Source of the DNA: an uncultured Gemmatimonadales bacterium
GTDB taxonomy: Bacteria; Gemmatimonadota; Gemmatimonadetes; Gemmatimonadales; GWC2-71-9
Length of the DNA stretch: 64,000 nucleotides
Direction of reading: 5' to 3'
Assembly (NCBI GenBank): GCA_963795085.1
Contig: CAWCFX010000006.1
Span: forward strand, 480,001 to 544,000
Part shown: positions 58,265-64,000 of the stretch, piece after piece
Layout of the letters: each line of letters opens with the position of its first letter
Position numbering within the stretch: position 1 is the first letter of the stretch
Made by a program: the position numbers and the translations under genes
Notes under the pieces: model-generated
The model's database searches: none
Told to the model about the DNA's origin: nothing
The model's input: the letters and a program-made list of their open reading frames with translations, nothing else

Positions 58265-60119
58265 CACAGGCCAAGACCGGAACGCCCACCGCCCCAGAGC
58301 CGGCCGCGCGGACTTCGTCCGAACCGGAGACGACGTCCAAGCAGCAGATGAACATCGTGATCGGCGGCCACGTGGACCATGGCAAGAGCACGATCATCGG
58401 CCGCCTGATGGCGGATACCCACTCCCTGCCCGACGGCAAGCTGGAGCAGGTCAAGGCGCTCTGCGAACGGACGGCGAAGCCGTTCGAGTATGCCTTCCTT
58501 CTCGACGCCCTGAAGGACGAGCAGGCCCAGGGCATCACCATCGATTCGGCCCGGGTGTTCTTCAAGACCGCCCAGCGGGACTACATCATCATCGATGCTC
58601 CCGGACATATCGAGTTCCTCAAGAACATGGTGACCGGCGCCAGCCGGGCCGAGGCCGCCCTGCTGGTGATCGACGCCAAGGAAGGGGTCCAGGAGAACAG
58701 CCGCCGCCACGGGTACATGATGTCCATGCTGGGCATCCGGCAGATCGCGGTGCTGGTCAACAAGATGGACCTGGTGAACTACGACCGGGCCGTGTTCGAC
58801 CAGATCGTGCGGGAGTACACCGCGTTCCTCACCAACCTCAAGGTCACTCCGGCCGCGTTCATCCCGGTAGCGGGACGGGATGGCGAGAACATCGCCACCC
58901 AGTCGGCCCGGATGCCCTGGTACACCGGCCACACGGTGCTCGGCATGCTGGACGCCTTCGAGAAGGAGCCAGCGCCGGTGGCGGCCCCGTTCCGGATGCC
59001 GGTGCAGGACATCTACAAGTTCACCAAGCAGGGCGACGACCGGCGCATCGTGGCCGGCACCATCGATACCGGCACCATTCACGTCGGCGATGAGGTGGTC
59101 TTCTATCCTTCCGGCAAGAAGAGCCGGATCAAGTCCATTGAAGGGTTCAACCGGCCGCCGCAGGCCCGGGCCGAAGCAGGCCAGGCGGCCGGATTTACGC
59201 TGCAGGAACAGATCTATGTCGCCCGGGGCGAGATGGCCACGCTGGCGACCGAGCCGAGGCCCAAGGTGACGACCCGGCTCAAGGTGAATCTGTTCTGGCT
59301 GGGCAAGAACTCCCTGGTCACCAAGAAGGACTACCTTCTCAAGCTGGGCACCACCCGGGTGCCCATGCGGCTGGAGGAGGTCCACCGGGTCATCGATGCA
59401 TCCGACCTCTCCACCAAGGACTCCAAGCAGCGGATCGACCGGAACGACGTGGCGGAGTGCACCATCAAGCTCAACCGGGCCATCGCCTTCGACCTGGCCG
59501 ATGAGATCGCGGCCACCAGCCGGTTCGTGGTCATTGACGATTACGAGATCCGGGGCGGCGGCATCATCCGCGAGGCGCTGCCGGACCGGCAGACCTGGGT
59601 GCGGGACAAGGTCCTGCTCCGGAACTACAAGTGGGAATCCAGCATCATTCCGCCCGAGCGGCGGGCCGAGAAGCTCAACCAGCGCTCGGTCCTGCTGCTG
59701 ATCACCGGGGAGCAGGAGGCCGACCGGAAGAGCCTCGCCAAGGGCCTCGAGTCCCGCCTCTTTGAGGACGGCAAGGTGGTGTACTACCTCGGCATCGGCA
59801 ACGTGCTCTACGGCGTGGACGCCGACATCGAACGGAAGGACGAGAACCGGCAGGAGCACATGCGCCGGATGGCGGAGGTCGCGAACCTGATGCTCGATGC
59901 CGGCGTGATCCTGATCGTCACCGCGGCGGAACTGACCCAGGACGATCTCGAACTGATCAAGGCCACGGTGGAGCACGACAAGATCGAAACCATCTGGGTG
60001 GGCGACCAGGTCACCACCGATATCGCCTGCGACCTGGTGCTGACCGACCCGGAGCAGGAAGTCGAACGGGTGGACCGTATCAAGAGCCTGCTGCAGGACA
60101 AGGGCGTGATCTACCGGCC

Positions 60120-60126
<7 letters not shown>
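58261..60126 (+). CDS. cysN: Sulfate adenylyltransferase GTPase subunit with degenerate C-terminal APS-kinase domain
   Basis: [24 protein letters not shown] and FRMPVQ. The C-terminal CysC-like domain has [11 protein letters not shown] at the P-loop position. Confidence 0.92.
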
Positions 60127-61445
<1,319 letters not shown>

Positions 61446-61513
61446 ACCCATCGCCCGACCGGCGAGTATCGCTGCCCGTTTGGCGGCTGAACCACTAAAT
61501 CAGAGGCGGAACG

Positions 61514-62395
61514 ATGGACCACCTGGAACAGCTGGAAAACAAGAGCGTACACATCCTCCGCGAAGCGTACGCCAACTTCAAGCAACTCGGCATGCTCTGG
61601 TCCATCGGAAAGGACAGCACGGTCCTGCTCTGGCTGGCCCGGAAAGCCTTTTACGGCCACGTGCCGTTTCCGCTCATCCACATCGACACTTCGTACAAGA
61701 TCCCGGAGATGATCCACTACCGGGACCAGCTGGTCGCCGAGTGGAACCTGAACCTGATCTATGGCGAGAACCGGGGAGCGCTGGATGCGAAGCGGACCTT
61801 TCCCGACGGTGCGGTGGACCGGATCACCTGCTGCGGGCTGCTCAAGACCGAGGCACTCAAGCACACCCTCTCCGGCGAATGGCCCCGGTACCGGTTCAAT
61901 CATGCGAAGAAGGAGTACGAGCGCGACACCAACACGGAGCCCTTCACCGGCGTCATTGTCGGCGCCCGGGCGGACGAGGAAGGCAGCCGGTCCAAGGAGC
62001 GCTACTTCTCCCCCCGCAACACCAACAACCTCTGGGACGTGGGCGACCAGCCGCCGGAGTTCTGGAACCAGTACAAGACCGATTTTGCGCCGGGAACCCA
62101 CCTCCGGATCCACCCGCTGCTGGACTGGACCGAGCTGAACATCTGGGAGTACATCGAGCGGGAGAACATCCCGACCGTGTCGCTCTACTACGACAAGGGT
62201 GAAGGCAAGCGGTACCGGTCGCTGGGCTGCGGGCCCTGCACCAACGTGGTCGAGTCAGGTGCCCTGAACGTCGCCGATATCATCGTGGAACTGAAGACCG
62301 GCAAGTTCGCCAACATCGCGGAACGGTCGGGGCGCGCCCAGGACAAGGATGACGGCGGCGGGTTGGAAACGCTCAGGAAAGACGGGTATATGTGA
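61514..62395 (+). CDS. cysD: Sulfate adenylyltransferase catalytic subunit
   Basis: [38 protein letters not shown] and C-terminal KDGYM. Confidence 0.95.
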   Translation: MDHLEQLENKSVHILREAYANFKQLGMLWSIGKDSTVLLWLARKAFYGHVPFPLIHIDTSYKIPEMIHYRDQLVAEWNLNLIYGENRGALDAKRTFPDGAVDRITCCGLLKTEALKHTLSGEWPRYRFNHAKKEYERDTNTEPFTGVIVGARADEEGSRSKERYFSPRNTNNLWDVGDQPPEFWNQYKTDFAPGTHLRIHPLLDWTELNIWEYIERENIPTVSLYYDKGEGKRYRSLGCGPCTNVVESGALNVADIIVELKTGKFANIAERSGRAQDKDDGGGLETLRKDGYM

Positions 62396-62400
62396 GCAAA

Positions 62401-62472
62401 AGGGGGCAAGAGGGTAAGGGGGCAAGGGGCAATTGAGAAGGACCCTGTTGCCCCCTGGCCCTCTTGCCCCCT
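62401..62472. repeat. Inverted 8-bp tandem repeat element between convergent genes (possible terminator)
   Basis: GGGGCAAG-AGGGTAAG-GGGGCAAG-GGGC facing TTGCCCCC-TGGCCCTC-TTGCCCCCT. Confidence 0.8.
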
Positions 62473-63153
62473 TCAGTACGTCACTCCCACCGCAACAAAC
62501 CCCAAATTGCCATCCACCCGAAGACGCGTACTGCCGTTCTGCAGCGGCGTCTCTGATTCGTATTCGGCGACGAAATGGCTGATACCGGCGCGGAGAATAG
62601 TCCTGGCACCGGCCCGCCACCCCAGGTAAAACTCGGAGTTAAGCGTGCCCCGATCGTTGACGCCGCCCTGAAGCAGGTTGAACCCGGTGGGCCGGCCGGC
62701 AAGCGCGGGGTCGCCGAGGTTCTCTGAAGCGAGCGCCCGCTCGGGCCCGAAGCCGACGCCGATCACGTCGATGTTGAAGCCCAGCTCGATGCGGCGCGAC
62801 GCCTGGAAGTCCAGATGAAAAACCAGGTTGACCGAATGGATCGCGGACTCCGCCACCCGGGCGTGATCGGTGGGGCCGCCGTTGAGTTCGTCCTTGTCGG
62901 CGGTGCGGTACCGGAGGTTATCGCCCGAGAAATAGGAGTAGCGGACGCCGTAGCCGACCCGGGCCCGACGGTTGACGGCCAGCCCGAAATGGTGGGAAAA
63001 CGCCAGGGATCCGGCGAACCGGTCGGCACCGACGCCGCCGGCCAGGTCAATCCGCGGTTCCCGGGAAGGATAGGGCTCCTGCGCCCGGGCCGCACCCACC
63101 GGGACGGCCAGGGCAAGGAAGGCAAGCAACTGGCTAGTGAGCCTGTAGTCCAT
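62473..63153 (-). CDS. Exported protein, probable outer-membrane beta-barrel
   Basis: Signal peptide ending ARA-Q, amphipathic strands and C-terminal VAVGVTY. Confidence 0.65.
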   Translation of the reverse strand: MDYRLTSQLLAFLALAVPVGAARAQEPYPSREPRIDLAGGVGADRFAGSLAFSHHFGLAVNRRARVGYGVRYSYFSGDNLRYRTADKDELNGGPTDHARVAESAIHSVNLVFHLDFQASRRIELGFNIDVIGVGFGPERALASENLGDPALAGRPTGFNLLQGGVNDRGTLNSEFYLGWRAGARTILRAGISHFVAEYESETPLQNGSTRLRVDGNLGFVAVGVTY

Positions 63154-64000
63154 TTGCACCCAGGGGTACGCCGGTGGTGGTTCCCAATGCGGTCAGGTCG
63201 CCGTCGGAGCTCACCGAGAATGCGGAGATGGACCGGCCGGCTGCGTTCAACGTATAGAGGTACCGGTTTCCCACAAGGTCCATGTCGATGGGCCCGGCGC
63301 CGGTCTGGCCAGTCACTCCCCCGGCATCAAGCAGGCGCAGGCTGCCGTCGCGCCGGACCCGGAAGCCGGACACAGTGCCCGATCCCGTGTTGGTCACATA
63401 GGCGAAGCGGCCATCCTTGGTGAGTGCCACCCAGCACGCGGCCGTTTCGGTCGTCGCGGTCGCGGGCGAGACCCCGACCCAGCCTCCAGGACCGGAGCGG
63501 TAGCTGGACAGGACGCTCGCGTCGGCTGCGCCGCCGGCCGCCTCGGAGACCAGCAGGGCGCCGCCGGGAGCAAAGGCAAACCCGAACGGCGTGGGCGCCG
63601 CCGAGGGGGTCGTCACCGGGACGCCAAGAAGTCCCTGGGCATCCACGGGGAAAGTCACCAGGAGGTTGGTGGCTTTCTCGGTGACCACCAGGAACCGCCC
63701 GTTCGGCGAGAAGCTCGCCTGGGCCGCGTCGGGCGCAACACCGGAGAGCGCCCGCGCCGAGTTGGCGACAGGGTGAAGGGCACCGCCCACCCCGATCCGG
63801 AACCCGTTCACGCCCGGGGAAGCGCCATCGTGAAGGACGTATAGCAGGTTCCCATGCACCGCGATGGAAATGGGGAGATTTCCACCGGAAGACCAGGTCC
63901 CGATCCGGTCCAGGGTGGAGCCCTTGATCCGAAAGGCGGTGACCTGGTCGGAACCGGGATTAATGGCGAACAGCAAGCGGCGTCCTTCCACCAGCACCAG
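63134..64000 (-). CDS. Lactonase-family 7-bladed beta-propeller protein (5' end outside window)
   Basis: Blade repeats: LFAINPGSDQVTAF, FSPNGRFLVV, DGRFAYVTNTGSGTVSGF and YLYTLN. Confidence 0.85.
   Translation of the reverse strand: MVLVEGRRLLFAINPGSDQVTAFRIKGSTLDRIGTWSSGGNLPISIAVHGNLLYVLHDGASPGVNGFRIGVGGALHPVANSARALSGVAPDAAQASFSPNGRFLVVTEKATNLLVTFPVDAQGLLGVPVTTPSAAPTPFGFAFAPGGALLVSEAAGGAADASVLSSYRSGPGGWVGVSPATATTETAACWVALTKDGRFAYVTNTGSGTVSGFRVRRDGSLRLLDAGGVTGQTGAGPIDMDLVGNRYLYTLNAAGRSISAFSVSSDGDLTALGTTTGVPLGANGLQAH

Overview
High-GC bacterial chromosomal window. The gene complement resembles Gemmatimonadota, but that is inference and cannot be proven from the sequence alone. The left half is mostly housekeeping and conserved genes: a partial GH38 alpha-mannosidase missed by the ORF track, a TPR protein, a MoxR/DUF58/DUF4350/DUF4129/RDD-SpoIIM cluster, a site-2 protease, rho-ruvX-mltG, thiE (split by a +1 shift in a G10 tract), rlmI-like and CDF genes, a lone Cys-type formate dehydrogenase alpha subunit, tdh-kbl, mpg and a NYN-domain protein. 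From about 29 kb to 62.4 kb lies a cell-surface glycan locus: wecB, a cytoplasmic kinase with a sigma-54 activator, wzc, a pseudo-REC/degenerate-GGDEF protein with an intact I-site, a wza-like export protein, a priming glycosyltransferase, exosortase plus EpsI, GT2 and GT4. The most unusual part follows: six tandem multi-TM 'sulfatase-like' paralogs whose nucleophile motif is W-T-L-P-[SA]-H rather than C/S-x-P-x-R. They surround a GT-C glycosyltransferase and run into a rewired PAPS-synthesis module (CysN with a degenerate kinase domain, a CysQ-CysC fusion, CysD). I propose this as a candidate extracytoplasmic glycan-sulfation or decoration system. Other unannotated signals are two small ORFs, a stand-alone HisKA microprotein, a ~173-nt rod-like candidate ncRNA, a structured leader on the NYN gene and several inverted short-tandem-repeat elements. 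I recognised no tRNA, rRNA, CRISPR array, transposase or integrase.
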